DNA of 64,000 bases from Enterobacter sp. (GCA_022649305.1 JALCNW010000009.1:20059-84058), one strand, 5' to 3'; positions 16,645 to 27,370 are shown, counted from the stretch's first letter. Notes: generated by a model not told the origin, from the sequence alone. Numbers and translations: made by a program.

Positions 16645-17978
16645 CAAGCCGCAAACCTGCCCATCTCCTGCTGGTGGACGACGATCCCGGCTTGCTTAAG
16701 CTGCTTGGGATGCGTCTGGTCAGTGAAGGCTATAGCGTCGTCACAGCCGAAAGCGGGCAGGAGGGGTTAAAAGCGCTGGGGCGCGAAAAAGTCGATCTGG
16801 TGATAAGCGACCTGCGCATGGACGAAATGGACGGTATGCAGCTGTTTGTTGAAATCCAGAAGCTCCAGCCAGGCATGCCGGTGATTATTTTGACGGCGCA
16901 CGGTTCTATTCCTGATGCAGTCGCCGCTACCCAACAGGGGGTATTCAGCTTCCTGACCAAGCCGGTAGATAAAGATGCGCTGTACAAAGCCATCGATGAC
17001 GCACTTGAGCACTCGGCACCGTCCGTGGATGAAAAATGGCGTGAATCGATCGTTACCCGTAGTCCGATTATGCTGCGCCTGCTCGAACAGGCGCGGATGG
17101 TAGCGCAATCGGACGTCAGCCTGCTGATTAACGGCCAGAGCGGAACCGGTAAAGAGATCTTCGCCCAGGCTATTCACAATGCCAGTCCGCGCAGCAAAAA
17201 TGCGTTTATTGCCATTAACTGCGGGGCGCTGCCGGAACAACTTCTGGAGTCCGAACTCTTTGGCCACGCGCGCGGCGCATTTACCGGCGCGGTAAGCAGC
17301 AGGGAAGGGCTATTCCAGGCTGCGGAAGGCGGCACGCTGTTTCTCGATGAGATTGGCGATATGCCCATCCCTTTGCAGGTCAAACTGCTGCGCGTCTTGC
17401 AGGAGCGTAAAGTCCGCCCGCTGGGCAGCAATCGGGATATCAATATTAACGTGCGTATTATCTCCGCGACGCACCGCGATTTGCCCAAGGCGATGGAGCG
17501 CAAAGAGTTTCGAGAAGATCTCTATTACCGCCTGAATGTGGTGAACTTAAAAATTCCTGCTCTGGCGGAACGAGCAGAAGATATTCCCCTGCTGGCAAAC
17601 CATCTGCTGCGTCAGTCGGCTGAACGGCACAAACCTTTTGTTCGCGCGTTTTCTACCGATGCGATGAAACGCCTGATGACAGCCGCCTGGCCGGGTAACG
17701 TACGCCAGCTGGTGAACGTGATTGAACAGTGCGTGGCGCTGACTTCATCGCCGGTCATTGGCGACGCGCTCGTAGAACAAGCCCTGGAAGGGGAAAATAC
17801 CGCGCTGCCGACGTTTGTTGAGGCACGCAATCAGTTCGAACTAAACTATTTGCGTAAGTTATTGCAGATAACCAAGGGCAACGTGACGCACGCTGCGCGC
17901 ATGGCCGGACGCAACCGTACCGAGTTTTATAAACTGCTGTCGCGCCACGAGCTGGAAGCCAACGATTTTAAAGAGTAA
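16641..17978 (+). CDS. glrR: sigma54-dependent response regulator GlrR (QseF)
   Basis: 445 aa with a REC domain, AAA+ sigma54 activator motifs (GQSGTGKE, GAFTGA) and a C-terminal HTH. ATGA overlap with qseG. Confidence 0.96.
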   Translation: MTSRKPAHLLLVDDDPGLLKLLGMRLVSEGYSVVTAESGQEGLKALGREKVDLVISDLRMDEMDGMQLFVEIQKLQPGMPVIILTAHGSIPDAVAATQQGVFSFLTKPVDKDALYKAIDDALEHSAPSVDEKWRESIVTRSPIMLRLLEQARMVAQSDVSLLINGQSGTGKEIFAQAIHNASPRSKNAFIAINCGALPEQLLESELFGHARGAFTGAVSSREGLFQAAEGGTLFLDEIGDMPIPLQVKLLRVLQERKVRPLGSNRDININVRIISATHRDLPKAMERKEFREDLYYRLNVVNLKIPALAERAEDIPLLANHLLRQSAERHKPFVRAFSTDAMKRLMTAAWPGNVRQLVNVIEQCVALTSSPVIGDALVEQALEGENTALPTFVEARNQFELNYLRKLLQITKGNVTHAARMAGRNRTEFYKLLSRHELEANDFKE

Positions 17979-18049
17979 TACCGCAAAAACCGATTCAATA
18001 TGATACTGTGAGCAATCGATTACGAGGCTGCAAACAGGCAAGCGTTTAA

Positions 18050-18397
<348 letters not shown>

Positions 18398-18408
18398 TCC
18401 ACATAATT

Positions 18409-18428
18409 CCCCTCCCGTCCGGGAGGGG
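18409..18428. terminator. Bidirectional hairpin terminator between glnB and hmp
   Basis: CCCCTCCC-gtcc-GGGAGGGG sits between the two convergent stops. Confidence 0.7.
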
Positions 18429-18436
18429 ACATCTCA

Positions 18437-19627
18437 TTACAACACCTTATGCGGGCCGAAACATTCGTAATGAATGTTGTCTTTATTCACGCCCAGCTCA
18501 ACCAGCTGCTTCGCGGCAAACTGCATAAATGCCACCGGACCACATACGTAGAATTGCATCTCCGGTGCGCTGAACAGACCTTCGTGCTGACGTAAATCAA
18601 TCAAACCTTCGCTGTCAAAACGTGGCGCTGCGCGATCGGCATCCGTCGGCAGGCGATACCAGGTGTGGGCAGCAAAGTGTGGCAGAGTGGTTGCCAGGGC
18701 TTTTACTTCATCTGCGAAGGCATGCACATCGCCATTTTCCGCTGCATGGAACCAGTTCACCTGTGCGCTATGGTTGGTTTTGGCAAGCGTGTCCAGCATC
18801 GCCAGCATGGGCGTCTGGCCAACGCCCGCTGAAATAAGAGTCACTGGCGTGTTGGTTTCGACGGCCATGAAGAAATCACCAGCAGGCGATGCCAGATGAA
18901 CCACGTCGCCCACGTTAGCGTGATGATGCAGCCAGGTTGAAACCTGTCCGCCGTCTTCGCGTTTCACCGCGATGCGATAGCCTTTCCCGTTCGGTTTGCG
19001 GGTCAGGGAATACTGACGGATTTCCTGATGCGGGAACCCTTCCGGCTTCAACCATACGCCCAAATATTGGCCTGGCTGATAATCAGCAACAGGCAGACCA
19101 TCTACAGGTTCAAATTCAAAACTGGTAATCAGCGCGCTGCGTGGGGTTTTCTCAACGATGCGGAAGGCGCGAGTGCCTTCCCAGCCGCCGCTCTTTTCTG
19201 CATGTTCGCTGTAAATTTGTGCTTCACGGTTGATAAACACGTTTGCCAGCACGCCGTAAGCTTTACCCCACGCATCCAGCACTTCCTGGCCTGGGCTATA
19301 CAATTCGTCCAGCGTCGCCAGCAGGTGCTCACCAACAATGTTGTACTGCTCAGGTTTGATCTGGAAGCTGGTGTGCTTCTGCGCAATTTTTTCGACCGCG
19401 GGCAGCAGAACCGCCAGGTTTTCGAGGTTGCTGGCATAAGCCGCGATAGCGTTAAACAACGCTTCACGTTGATCGCCGTTGCGCTGGTTGCTCATGTTGA
19501 AAATTTCTTTGAGCTCAGGATTGTGCACGAACATACGATCGTAAAAATGGGCGGTGAGTTTAGGACCGGTTTCCACTAGCAGCGGAATAGTAGCCTTAAC
19601 GGTAGCGATGGTTTGAGCGTCTAACAT
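18437..19627 (-). CDS. hmp: Flavohemoprotein (NO dioxygenase)
   Basis: 396 aa from ATG 19627 ([17 protein letters not shown]) with AAGGAAG SD. Globin domain plus FAD/NAD reductase domain. Confidence 0.96.
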   Translation of the reverse strand: MLDAQTIATVKATIPLLVETGPKLTAHFYDRMFVHNPELKEIFNMSNQRNGDQREALFNAIAAYASNLENLAVLLPAVEKIAQKHTSFQIKPEQYNIVGEHLLATLDELYSPGQEVLDAWGKAYGVLANVFINREAQIYSEHAEKSGGWEGTRAFRIVEKTPRSALITSFEFEPVDGLPVADYQPGQYLGVWLKPEGFPHQEIRQYSLTRKPNGKGYRIAVKREDGGQVSTWLHHHANVGDVVHLASPAGDFFMAVETNTPVTLISAGVGQTPMLAMLDTLAKTNHSAQVNWFHAAENGDVHAFADEVKALATTLPHFAAHTWYRLPTDADRAAPRFDSEGLIDLRQHEGLFSAPEMQFYVCGPVAFMQFAAKQLVELGVNKDNIHYECFGPHKVL

Positions 19628-19652
19628 AGCAACTTCCTTCAATGTCATTTAT

Positions 19653-19675
19653 AAGTTTCATTTTAAATGCATCTT
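19653..19675 (-). promoter_or_regulatory. NsrR operator at the hmp promoter
   Basis: The minus strand reads AAGATGCATTT-A-AAATGAAACTT. The left half is a perfect match and the right half 9/11 to the 11-1-11 NsrR repeat. It lies 26-48 nt upstream of the hmp ATG. Confidence 0.75.
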
Positions 19676-19797
19676 ATAAAAAATAACCCTGCGTTGTAAA
19701 TGGTTCTTTGCAACGTGAAAAATATGCATCACAAACCTGAAAAGAAATCCGTTGAAATTCACGAGACCTTTATTCTACAAACCCTTGCGTGGCGTGG

Positions 19798-19813
19798 AGG
19801 TAATCGTTTGCGT
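19798..19813. promoter_or_regulatory. PurR operator of glyA
   Basis: AGGTAATCGTTTGCGT (reverse complement ACGCAAACGATTACCT) fits the PurR consensus, about 120 nt upstream of the glyA ATG. Confidence 0.7.
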
Positions 19814-19930
19814 AAAATCGTTTGTCAAGACCTGTTATCACAGAACGATTCGGTTATACTGTTGCCCGTTGTCCAACAGGACCGGCTTTTTAAGCCAAAA
19901 ATTTATCGTTAGCTGAGTCAGGAGATGCGG

Positions 19931-21184
19931 ATGTTAAAGCGTGAAATGAACATTGCCGATTATGATGCCGAACTGTGGCAGGCTATGGAGCAGGAAAAAG
20001 TACGTCAGGAAGAGCACATTGAACTGATCGCCTCCGAGAACTACACCAGCCCGCGCGTCATGCAGGCGCAGGGTTCTCAGCTGACCAACAAATATGCTGA
20101 AGGTTATCCGGGCAAACGCTATTACGGCGGTTGCGAGTACGTTGATATCGTTGAACAACTGGCGATTGATCGTGCAAAAGAACTGTTTGGCGCTGACTAC
20201 GCAAACGTGCAGCCGCACTCTGGCTCTCAGGCTAACTTCGCGGTCTACACCGCACTGCTGCAACCGGGTGATACCGTTCTGGGTATGAACCTGGCACAAG
20301 GTGGTCACCTGACTCACGGTTCTCCGGTTAACTTCTCCGGCAAACTGTACAACATCGTCCCTTATGGCATCGATGAAGCCGGTAAAATTGACTACGAAGA
20401 CATGGCGAAGCAGGCTCAGGAACACAAACCGAAGATGATTATCGGTGGCTTCTCTGCTTATTCCGGCGTCGTTGACTGGGCAAAAATGCGTGAAATCGCA
20501 GACAGCATTGGTGCATATCTGTTCGTCGATATGGCACATGTTGCAGGTCTGATTGCCGCAGGCGTTTACCCTAACCCGGTTCCACATGCACACGTTGTGA
20601 CCACCACTACCCACAAAACCCTGGCGGGTCCGCGCGGCGGCCTGATCCTGGCGAAAGGCGGTAGTGAAGAGCTGTACAAAAAGCTGAACTCAGCTGTTTT
20701 CCCAAGCGCTCAGGGCGGCCCGCTGATGCACGTCATCGCGGCTAAAGCCGTGGCGCTGAAAGAAGCCATGGAGCCAGAGTTCAAGGTTTACCAACAGCAG
20801 GTTGCTAAAAACGCCAAGGCGATGGTCGAAGTGTTCCTGAATCGTGGCTACAAAGTGGTTTCTGGCGGTACTGAGAACCACCTGTTCCTGCTGGATCTGG
20901 TAGACAAAAACCTGACCGGTAAAGAAGCAGACGCGGCGCTTGGCCGTGCGAACATCACCGTGAACAAAAACAGCGTGCCAAACGATCCGAAGAGCCCGTT
21001 TGTGACTTCTGGCATCCGTATTGGTTCTCCAGCGGTGACTCGCCGTGGCTTCAAAGAAGCCGAAGTGAAAGAGCTGGCTGGCTGGATGTGCGACGTTCTT
21101 GATAACATTAACGACGAAGCGGTCATTGAGCGTATCAAAGGTAAAGTGCTGGATATCTGCGCGCGTTTCCCGGTTTACGCCTAG
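19931..21184 (+). CDS. glyA: Serine hydroxymethyltransferase
   Basis: 417 aa from ATG 19931 ([22 protein letters not shown]), with PLP-lysine motif [14 protein letters not shown]. Confidence 0.98.
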   Translation: MLKREMNIADYDAELWQAMEQEKVRQEEHIELIASENYTSPRVMQAQGSQLTNKYAEGYPGKRYYGGCEYVDIVEQLAIDRAKELFGADYANVQPHSGSQANFAVYTALLQPGDTVLGMNLAQGGHLTHGSPVNFSGKLYNIVPYGIDEAGKIDYEDMAKQAQEHKPKMIIGGFSAYSGVVDWAKMREIADSIGAYLFVDMAHVAGLIAAGVYPNPVPHAHVVTTTTHKTLAGPRGGLILAKGGSEELYKKLNSAVFPSAQGGPLMHVIAAKAVALKEAMEPEFKVYQQQVAKNAKAMVEVFLNRGYKVVSGGTENHLFLLDLVDKNLTGKEADAALGRANITVNKNSVPNDPKSPFVTSGIRIGSPAVTRRGFKEAEVKELAGWMCDVLDNINDEAVIERIKGKVLDICARFPVYA

Positions 21185-21206
21185 TTCTGCAATGCAGAAA
21201 TAATAG

Positions 21207-21234
21207 AGGCCGCGCAAGCGGCCTTAATTTTTTG
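21207..21234 (+). terminator. glyA intrinsic terminator
   Basis: AGGCCGC-gcaa-GCGGCCT followed by TAATTTTTTG. Confidence 0.8.
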
Positions 21235-21380
21235 TTGTTCTTTAGACATTTCGTCCTCACGGCGCGCTGAGCTGCAATTCCACGTATAAATAGCCAATTC
21301 CCCGTAATTGCTCTGCGCGACTCAGCTTGCACCCGCCCCTTTTTAACGCCAGACTAGCGCCTCCAAAACGGGAGGGATTC

Positions 21381-22526
21381 ATGGTTTTGCATTCCACACG
21401 CTGGCTGGCGCTCAGCTATTTTACCTATTTCTTTAGTTACGGCGTTTTTTTGCCTTTCTGGAGCGTCTGGCTCGCAGGGATTGGCCTGACGCCAGAAACC
21501 ATCGGTATTCTGCTGGGAGCGGGCCTGGTGGCGCGTTTTCTGGGGAGTTTGCTGATTGCCCCGCGCGTGAGCGATCCCTCTTTGCTGATCAAGGCCATGC
21601 GCATTCTGGCGCTGCTCACGCTGGTCTTTCTGGCGGCCTTCTGGGTGAGCCAGCAGTTTGCCTGGCTGATGGTGGTGATGGTCGGTTTCAACCTCTTTTT
21701 CTCGCCGCTGGTGCCGCTGACGGATGCGTTAGCAAATACGTGGCAAAAACAGATAACGATGGACTATGGCCGCGTACGCCTGTGGGGCTCGGTTGCCTTT
21801 GTGATTGGCTCGGCGCTGGTGGGTAAGCTGGTCAGCCTTTATGACTACCACGCGATTCTGGCGCTGTTAAGCGTGGGTATTGCCTCGATGTTGCTGGGAA
21901 TGCTGCTGCGCCCGTCGATTATGCCGCAGGGCGAAAACCGCCAACAGGAAAGCGATAGCGCAGGATGGCCCGCGTGGCGGACCTTGATTACCCAGAGCTG
22001 GCGTTTTCTGGCGTGCGTGTGTCTGCTCCAGGGAGCACATGCGGCATACTATGGGTTTAGCGCAATCTACTGGCAGGGGGCGGGTTATTCGGCTTCGGCG
22101 ATAGGGTATCTCTGGTCGCTCGGGGTGGTGGCGGAGGTCATTATCTTCGCCCTGAGCAAAAAGCTTTTCCGCCGCTTTGGTGCGCGGGATTTGCTGTTGC
22201 TCTCTGCCGTTTGCGGCATCTTACGCTGGGGCATTATGGGCTGGACCACCGAGCTGCCGTGGCTCATCGTGGCGCAGATCCTTCACTGCGGCACCTTTAC
22301 CGTGTGCCATCTTGCCGCCATGCGTTATATCGCTGCGCGACAGGGAAGCGAAGTGATTCGCCTCCAGGCCGTCTATTCCGCCGTGGCGATGGGCGGCAGC
22401 ATTGCGGTGATGACTGTTTTTGCCGGTTTCCTCTATCAACACCTGGGTCACGGCGTGTTCTGGGTGATGGCGGCGGTAGCGCTGCCAGCGCTGTTCGTTC
22501 GTCCCAAAGTGGCGGCGCGGACGTAA
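21381..22526 (+). CDS. hcaT: MFS transporter HcaT (putative 3-phenylpropionate permease)
   Basis: 381 aa from ATG 21381 (MVLHSTRWLALSYFTYFFSYG) with GGGAGGG SD. 12-TM MFS protein, highly similar to E. coli HcaT. Confidence 0.9.
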   Translation: MVLHSTRWLALSYFTYFFSYGVFLPFWSVWLAGIGLTPETIGILLGAGLVARFLGSLLIAPRVSDPSLLIKAMRILALLTLVFLAAFWVSQQFAWLMVVMVGFNLFFSPLVPLTDALANTWQKQITMDYGRVRLWGSVAFVIGSALVGKLVSLYDYHAILALLSVGIASMLLGMLLRPSIMPQGENRQQESDSAGWPAWRTLITQSWRFLACVCLLQGAHAAYYGFSAIYWQGAGYSASAIGYLWSLGVVAEVIIFALSKKLFRRFGARDLLLLSAVCGILRWGIMGWTTELPWLIVAQILHCGTFTVCHLAAMRYIAARQGSEVIRLQAVYSAVAMGGSIAVMTVFAGFLYQHLGHGVFWVMAAVALPALFVRPKVAART

Positions 22527-22529
22527 TCG

Positions 22530-23807
22530 TTAAGATTCCAGCATGACGCGAATATGTTCTTGCTGCTGCGCATTCAACGTCTCTACGGCATGAATGAGCG
22601 GCGGTGAGAACAGCGGCAGGGCGGTGGCGTAAGGTGTAATCACCAGCGCCGCCTCACGTGGGGCGCCTTCTTTCTGAAAGGCCTGAAGTGTGAGATAGCG
22701 AATGTTGAGCGGCAGTAAGGTCAGTTCCCTGAGCTGTTCCTCAATGATGACTTCACAGGCTTTATCATCACCCGTGAGTAACACGACCTGCTTTTCGTGC
22801 AGATCCGTTTCCTGCATCAGCCAGGCACCAAAAATCACGGCGACCAGACTCATCTCTTCTTCCGAAAACCGCAGCCCAAACTCGGCCTCAATTTCACACA
22901 AAACGTCGCGCGTAGTGCGCATCAGGCGGGGATAAAGACGCGCAATCTCCTCGGGCAGGCTGTTGTCGATACCAATGCCAAAGAGGGAGCGATCGAGCGC
23001 CTGCGCAATATGAATGTACAGCTGATCCGTTAAGCCCTGTTCATCACTAAAACGCATCCCTGTTTGCCCGCGAAAGCGACTTATCATGCGGGTAATGGCA
23101 CGACGCAGACGTTCATCCTGCTGGTGTACATCCCGAAGCGGATCCGGCGTTCGTAGCATCATAAACAGCAGGGACAGGAAGATGTGCTCGTCAATATGGG
23201 GCATTTGCAACACGCGGCGCTGCCAGTGGCGGACGATTTCCTCCGCCGTAGAATATTCACCACGTGATTGAGTCCAGTTGCGCTGAATCGGCGAAAACAG
23301 CGGTGTCTGGCCCAAATGATGTTGAATCAGGCAATATTGCAGATAGAGCTGCAAAAACTGGATATCACGACACTCAAACTGGCGCTGCAGGCGGCGCGAG
23401 CAGAAGTTAATCAGCGCGCGCAGGTTAGTGTCGTCATAAAGGGTGCGCGCAATTCCCAGTTGTTTAAGTTCAGTTTTAAGCGCTGGGGTAAACTGGCGGG
23501 AAACAAAATGCGGACAAAGGCGCAGTGCCCGACGTAACCACTGCAACAGGCATAAGCGTTGATCGAGGGTCGTGCCTTCAATCCGGTAGCTGCCGTCATG
23601 GTGCGTGGTGATGTCTAGCCGGTGATAGCGCTGGATTTCAAAGCGGGTCTCGGCTATATCTTGCCGTGCGGTATCATCATCGACCCCATTGATATCAACA
23701 ATGGTTTGCGGGGTAACGGCAAAGCCGGGCTGATAGAGCATCAACAGTACCTGGCAGCGGCGCTGCGAACTGGAAAGCACAGATGGGGTTTCGAGTGTCG
23801 TCATCAT
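22530..23807 (-). CDS. csiE: Stationary-phase inducible protein CsiE
   Basis: 425 aa: MMTTLETPSVLSSSQRRCQ...IRVMLES, collinear with E. coli CsiE (PRD-containing). Confidence 0.9.
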   Translation of the reverse strand: MMTTLETPSVLSSSQRRCQVLLMLYQPGFAVTPQTIVDINGVDDDTARQDIAETRFEIQRYHRLDITTHHDGSYRIEGTTLDQRLCLLQWLRRALRLCPHFVSRQFTPALKTELKQLGIARTLYDDTNLRALINFCSRRLQRQFECRDIQFLQLYLQYCLIQHHLGQTPLFSPIQRNWTQSRGEYSTAEEIVRHWQRRVLQMPHIDEHIFLSLLFMMLRTPDPLRDVHQQDERLRRAITRMISRFRGQTGMRFSDEQGLTDQLYIHIAQALDRSLFGIGIDNSLPEEIARLYPRLMRTTRDVLCEIEAEFGLRFSEEEMSLVAVIFGAWLMQETDLHEKQVVLLTGDDKACEVIIEEQLRELTLLPLNIRYLTLQAFQKEGAPREAALVITPYATALPLFSPPLIHAVETLNAQQQEHIRVMLES

Positions 23808-23931
23808 CTGTCGGTATCCAGTGTGAGTATTCGATAAGAATAGCTAAAGGATGAACGCAAGAAAGCGCGCCGGTGGCTCTTTCCTTCAGGAATGCGGGAG
23901 AACATCACAGAATTTATGACGTGAGGAAACG

Positions 23932-24570
23932 ATGCAAATAGTTAAACACAGCGCCAGTGCGTTATTTTTTGCGGTTTTATCTTTCACCGCTGCCGCGCAT
24001 CCTCATAGCTTTATCAGCCTGAAAACGGAACTGGTGGCTGATGATACGCAGCTTACTGGCCTGAAAATGCGCTGGGCGATGGATGAAATCACCTCTGCGG
24101 ACCTGCTCTACGATGCGGGTAACGCGAAACCGGGCGATGAAATCTGGAAAAAACTGGCGGCAGAGGTAATGGCGAACGTGCTGGGCCAGCACTACTTTAC
24201 CGAGTTCTGGCATAACGGGCAGAAGGTTAAGTTTCTCAATCGACCGACGACTTACGCAATGGCGCGCGACGGTCATCAGGCGGTGCTGACGTTTATATTG
24301 CCCCTGGCTCAACCGCAGCCGTTAGCCGGACAAAAATACACGTTCTCCACCTTTGACCCCACTTACTACGTCGATATGAGTTATACCGAAGACAGCGACG
24401 TCACGCTGCCCGCCGCGCTGCAACAACGCTGCAAGCTGGCGGTCCACACCCCGAATCCCAGCGAAGAAACGCTGAATTTTGCGATAGCACTTGATAAAGA
24501 AGACGCCCCGCCGGAGGACATGGAATTGGGTAAACAGTTTGCACAACAGGTGACGTTGCAATGTCAGTAA
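23932..24570 (+). CDS. DUF1007-family periplasmic protein (putative metal-binding component)
   Basis: 212 aa with signal peptide ...SFTAAA/HPHSF. The mature N-terminus HPH is typical of DUF1007/COG3683. Paired with the downstream permease by a 10-nt overlap. Confidence 0.75.
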   Translation: MQIVKHSASALFFAVLSFTAAAHPHSFISLKTELVADDTQLTGLKMRWAMDEITSADLLYDAGNAKPGDEIWKKLAAEVMANVLGQHYFTEFWHNGQKVKFLNRPTTYAMARDGHQAVLTFILPLAQPQPLAGQKYTFSTFDPTYYVDMSYTEDSDVTLPAALQQRCKLAVHTPNPSEETLNFAIALDKEDAPPEDMELGKQFAQQVTLQCQ

Positions 24571-25541
24571 TCTCACCGCCACTGAAGAAAAAACCGCGCT
24601 GGCTACATCTATGGCCGCTGGCGCTGTTCCTGATCCTGGCGGCGTTTGGCGCGCTGTGGCTATGGCAGGCGTGGCCGCAGGTGATGATGAAAAGCATCAT
24701 CTGGCAGCGAGAGGTGAATCAGCAGATGAGCGGCTTGCTGAAAGCCGTTGCCGAGAATCCGACCAAAGCGGGGGGCTCGCTGCTGATCTTTAGCTTCCTG
24801 TACGGCGTACTGCATGCTCTCGGTCCGGGGCATGGAAAGATCGTTATAACGACCTGGCTTGCGACCCATCCTTCGAAACTGAAATCGAGTATTGGCCTGA
24901 CGCTGGCCTCGTCGTTATTACAGGGCTGCGTGGCGATCGGGCTGGTTGTGGTGGTCCTGACGTTGCTGCAATTACCTGCCCGTCAGCTGCATCTGAGCAG
25001 TTTCTGGCTGGAGAAGGGCAGTTACGCGCTGGTGGGGGTGCTGGGGATCATGCTGTGCTGGCGAGCGCTCAAAAAACTACGCGCATTAATGCAGAAACCG
25101 AAATTTAAGGCGTTTACGCCGCACCACGTTCACGATGCCCACTGCGGCTGTGGGCATCAACATCTGCCTACGCAGGAGCAGCTCCAGAGCGGTGACGACT
25201 GGCGTGCGCGACTGATGATTATTTTATCGATGGGACTGCGTCCCTGTTCCGGGGCGATCATGGTACTGCTGTTCAGTAAGGTGATTGGGGTATTTAGCTG
25301 GGGCGTGATGTCTGCGCTGGCGATGGCGGCGGGAACGTCGTTGACGATTACGTCTCTGGCGTTACTGGTTCATAGCTTTCGCCAATTAGCGGTCAAACTG
25401 AGTGGGAATAAAGCACCGGTGCTGTGGCGACAGGTTGGCTGGACGACGCTGGCATTGGCAGGAGGGGTGATACTGCTGGTGGCTTCGGTCACGATGTGGA
25501 TGAGTGCGGTGCCGGTCGGAAGAGGGTTGAGACCGTTTTGA
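24561..25541 (+). CDS. NicO/RcnA-like nickel/cobalt-type metal transporter permease
   Basis: 326 aa polytopic membrane protein with a HALGPGHGK motif and a His/Cys-rich loop HHVHDAHCGCGHQH between TM blocks. Confidence 0.75.
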   Translation: MSVISPPLKKKPRWLHLWPLALFLILAAFGALWLWQAWPQVMMKSIIWQREVNQQMSGLLKAVAENPTKAGGSLLIFSFLYGVLHALGPGHGKIVITTWLATHPSKLKSSIGLTLASSLLQGCVAIGLVVVVLTLLQLPARQLHLSSFWLEKGSYALVGVLGIMLCWRALKKLRALMQKPKFKAFTPHHVHDAHCGCGHQHLPTQEQLQSGDDWRARLMIILSMGLRPCSGAIMVLLFSKVIGVFSWGVMSALAMAAGTSLTITSLALLVHSFRQLAVKLSGNKAPVLWRQVGWTTLALAGGVILLVASVTMWMSAVPVGRGLRPF

Positions 25542-25545
25542 CATC

Positions 25546-25615
25546 GCCGGATGGCGCTACGCTTATCCGGCCTACAATAATATCTCGTAGGCCCGGTAAG
25601 CGTATCGCCACCAGG
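25546..25615. repeat. REP pair (BIME-like)
   Basis: GCCGGATGGCGCTACGCTTATCCGGCCTAC (25546-75) and the inverted copy GTAGGCCCGGTAAGCGTATCGCCACCAGGC (25587-615), between convergent genes. Confidence 0.85.
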
Positions 25616-25625
25616 CAAAACCGAA

Positions 25626-26432
25626 TTAACGCTTCAGCGCATCACTCAGTTCATCACGCATGCTCGCCAGCATAGATTTCACTACGCGTGGGTTACCCGC
25701 AACGATGTTACCGCTCGTCAGGTAGTTATGACCGCCGGTGAAATCGCACACCAGTGCGCCAGCTTCACGAGCAATCAGATCGCCCGCGGCAAAATCCCAT
25801 GGCTTAAGCGCAATTTCGAAGTAACCGTCAACGCGGCCAGCGGCAACGTAGGCCAGATCCAGCGCAGCAGAACCAGAACGACGGAAATCCGCACATTCAG
25901 TGAACAGCTTGCCAAGGATTTTCATATAGGTGGTCGCGTGCTGTTTGGCTTTGAACGGGAAGCCCGTTGCCAGAATAGTGCCATCCAGATCGCGAGCGTT
26001 GGTGCCGCGCAGACGATAACCGTTCAGCTGTGCGCCCTGACCACGGGTCGCGGTGAACAATTCGTTACGCATTGGATCGTAAACTACCGCAACTTCAGTA
26101 CGGCCTTTGATGCGCACTGCAATAGAAACGGAGAAATGGGGAAGACGTTTGACGAAGTTGGTGGTGCCATCCAGCGGATCGATAATCCATTGAACATCCT
26201 GATCTTCGCCTTCATTCTCACCGCTTTCTTCGGCAATAATGGTGTGCTGCGGGTAAGATTTGCGAATGGTTTCGATAATAATCGCTTCTGCGGCTTTATC
26301 GACGTTAGTCACAAAGTCATTGCTGCCTTTCTGGCTGGTTTCTACAGAATCTGGAGTTTCGTAGTGTTTGGCAATTACATTACCCGCCTTGCGCGCTGCG
26401 CGCACGGCGATGGTCAACATAGGATGTTGCAT
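25626..26432 (-). CDS. suhB: Inositol monophosphatase / Nus-factor SuhB
   Basis: 268 aa beginning MQHPMLTIAVRAARKAGN, with IMPase motif WIIDPLDGTTNF. Confidence 0.96.
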   Translation of the reverse strand: MQHPMLTIAVRAARKAGNVIAKHYETPDSVETSQKGSNDFVTNVDKAAEAIIIETIRKSYPQHTIIAEESGENEGEDQDVQWIIDPLDGTTNFVKRLPHFSVSIAVRIKGRTEVAVVYDPMRNELFTATRGQGAQLNGYRLRGTNARDLDGTILATGFPFKAKQHATTYMKILGKLFTECADFRRSGSAALDLAYVAAGRVDGYFEIALKPWDFAAGDLIAREAGALVCDFTGGHNYLTSGNIVAGNPRVVKSMLASMRDELSDALKR

Positions 26433-26568
26433 CGGTTACTCTCACTGGATGTTAAAGAACAGGGAAGCTAAAACGGCGCAGAGTATAGCAGCGAGTTCGG
26501 ATCATGTCTCTTCTTTATGATAATATGCCCGAATATTCTTCAGACACTGAACTCAGAAAACTAAAATT

Positions 26569-27303
26569 ATGCTGCAAAATATCCGAATCGTACTGGTCGA
26601 AACATCGCATACCGGCAATATGGGCTCTGTAGCCCGCGCCATGAAAACCATGGGGTTAACCAATCTTTGGCTGGTCAATCCACTGGTGAAGCCAGACTCC
26701 CAGGCGATCGCGCTGGCAGCGGGTGCCAGTGACGTCATTGGCAACGCCCACATCGTCGATACCCTCGACGAAGCGCTGGCCGGTTGTAGCCTGGTGGTCG
26801 GCACCAGCGCTCGCTCGCGTACGCTGCCGTGGCCGATGCTCGATCCGCGCGAATGTGGCCTCAAAAGCACGCAAGAAGCCGAACACGCGCCGGTCGCGTT
26901 GGTGTTTGGTCGTGAGCGCGTCGGTCTGACCAATGACGAACTGCAAAAATGTCACTACCACGTGGCTATTGCTGCGAACCCGGAATACAGCTCGCTAAAC
27001 CTGGCGATGGCGGTGCAGGTTATTGCTTATGAAGTGCGCATGGCCTGGCTGGCCACGCAGGAAAAAGAGCCTGTCACCGAAGCAGAAGAGACGCCGTATC
27101 CGCTGGTGGACGATCTTGAGCGTTTCTACGGTCATCTGGAGCAAACGCTGCTGACCACCGGTTTTATCCGCGCGTCACATCCGGGCCAGGTCATGAATAA
27201 GCTGCGCCGTTTGTTTACCCGCGCCCGCCCGGAAACGCAGGAACTGAACATCCTGCGCGGGATGCTGGCTTCTATTGTTGAGCAGAAGAACAAAGACCAA
27301 TAA
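26569..27303 (+). CDS. trmJ: tRNA (cytidine/uridine-2'-O)-methyltransferase TrmJ
   Basis: 244 aa SpoU/TrmH-family protein beginning [29 protein letters not shown]. Confidence 0.95.
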   Translation: MLQNIRIVLVETSHTGNMGSVARAMKTMGLTNLWLVNPLVKPDSQAIALAAGASDVIGNAHIVDTLDEALAGCSLVVGTSARSRTLPWPMLDPRECGLKSTQEAEHAPVALVFGRERVGLTNDELQKCHYHVAIAANPEYSSLNLAMAVQVIAYEVRMAWLATQEKEPVTEAEETPYPLVDDLERFYGHLEQTLLTTGFIRASHPGQVMNKLRRLFTRARPETQELNILRGMLASIVEQKNKDQ

Positions 27304-27320
27304 ACGGCACGGAAGGTTAA

Positions 27321-27370
27321 ATACCTGACTAAAACAGTCAAGTAAATAGTTGACCATTTTAGTCGGGAAT
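27321..27370. promoter_or_regulatory. Two adjacent type-1 IscR binding sites in the iscR promoter
   Basis: ATACCTGACTAAAACAGTCAAGTAA (27321-45) and ATAGTTGACCATTTTAGTCGGGAAT (27346-70) both fit ATASYYGACTRWWWYAGTCRRSTAT. TTGACC -35 at 27350-55. Confidence 0.8.

Noticed and set aside
19700-19912. 70-aa ORF in the hmp-glyA intergenic region
   Set aside because: It spans the PurR box and the glyA promoter region, has no SD, and the region is a known regulatory spacer.
23808-23931. Search for Zur, Fur, NikR, RcnR or CRP boxes in the csiE/DUF1007 divergent spacer
   Set aside because: Only weak partial matches were found, such as GATAAGAATAG at about 9/19 to a Fur box and TGTGA-N6-GATAA. None is good enough to call by eye, so a matrix scan is needed.
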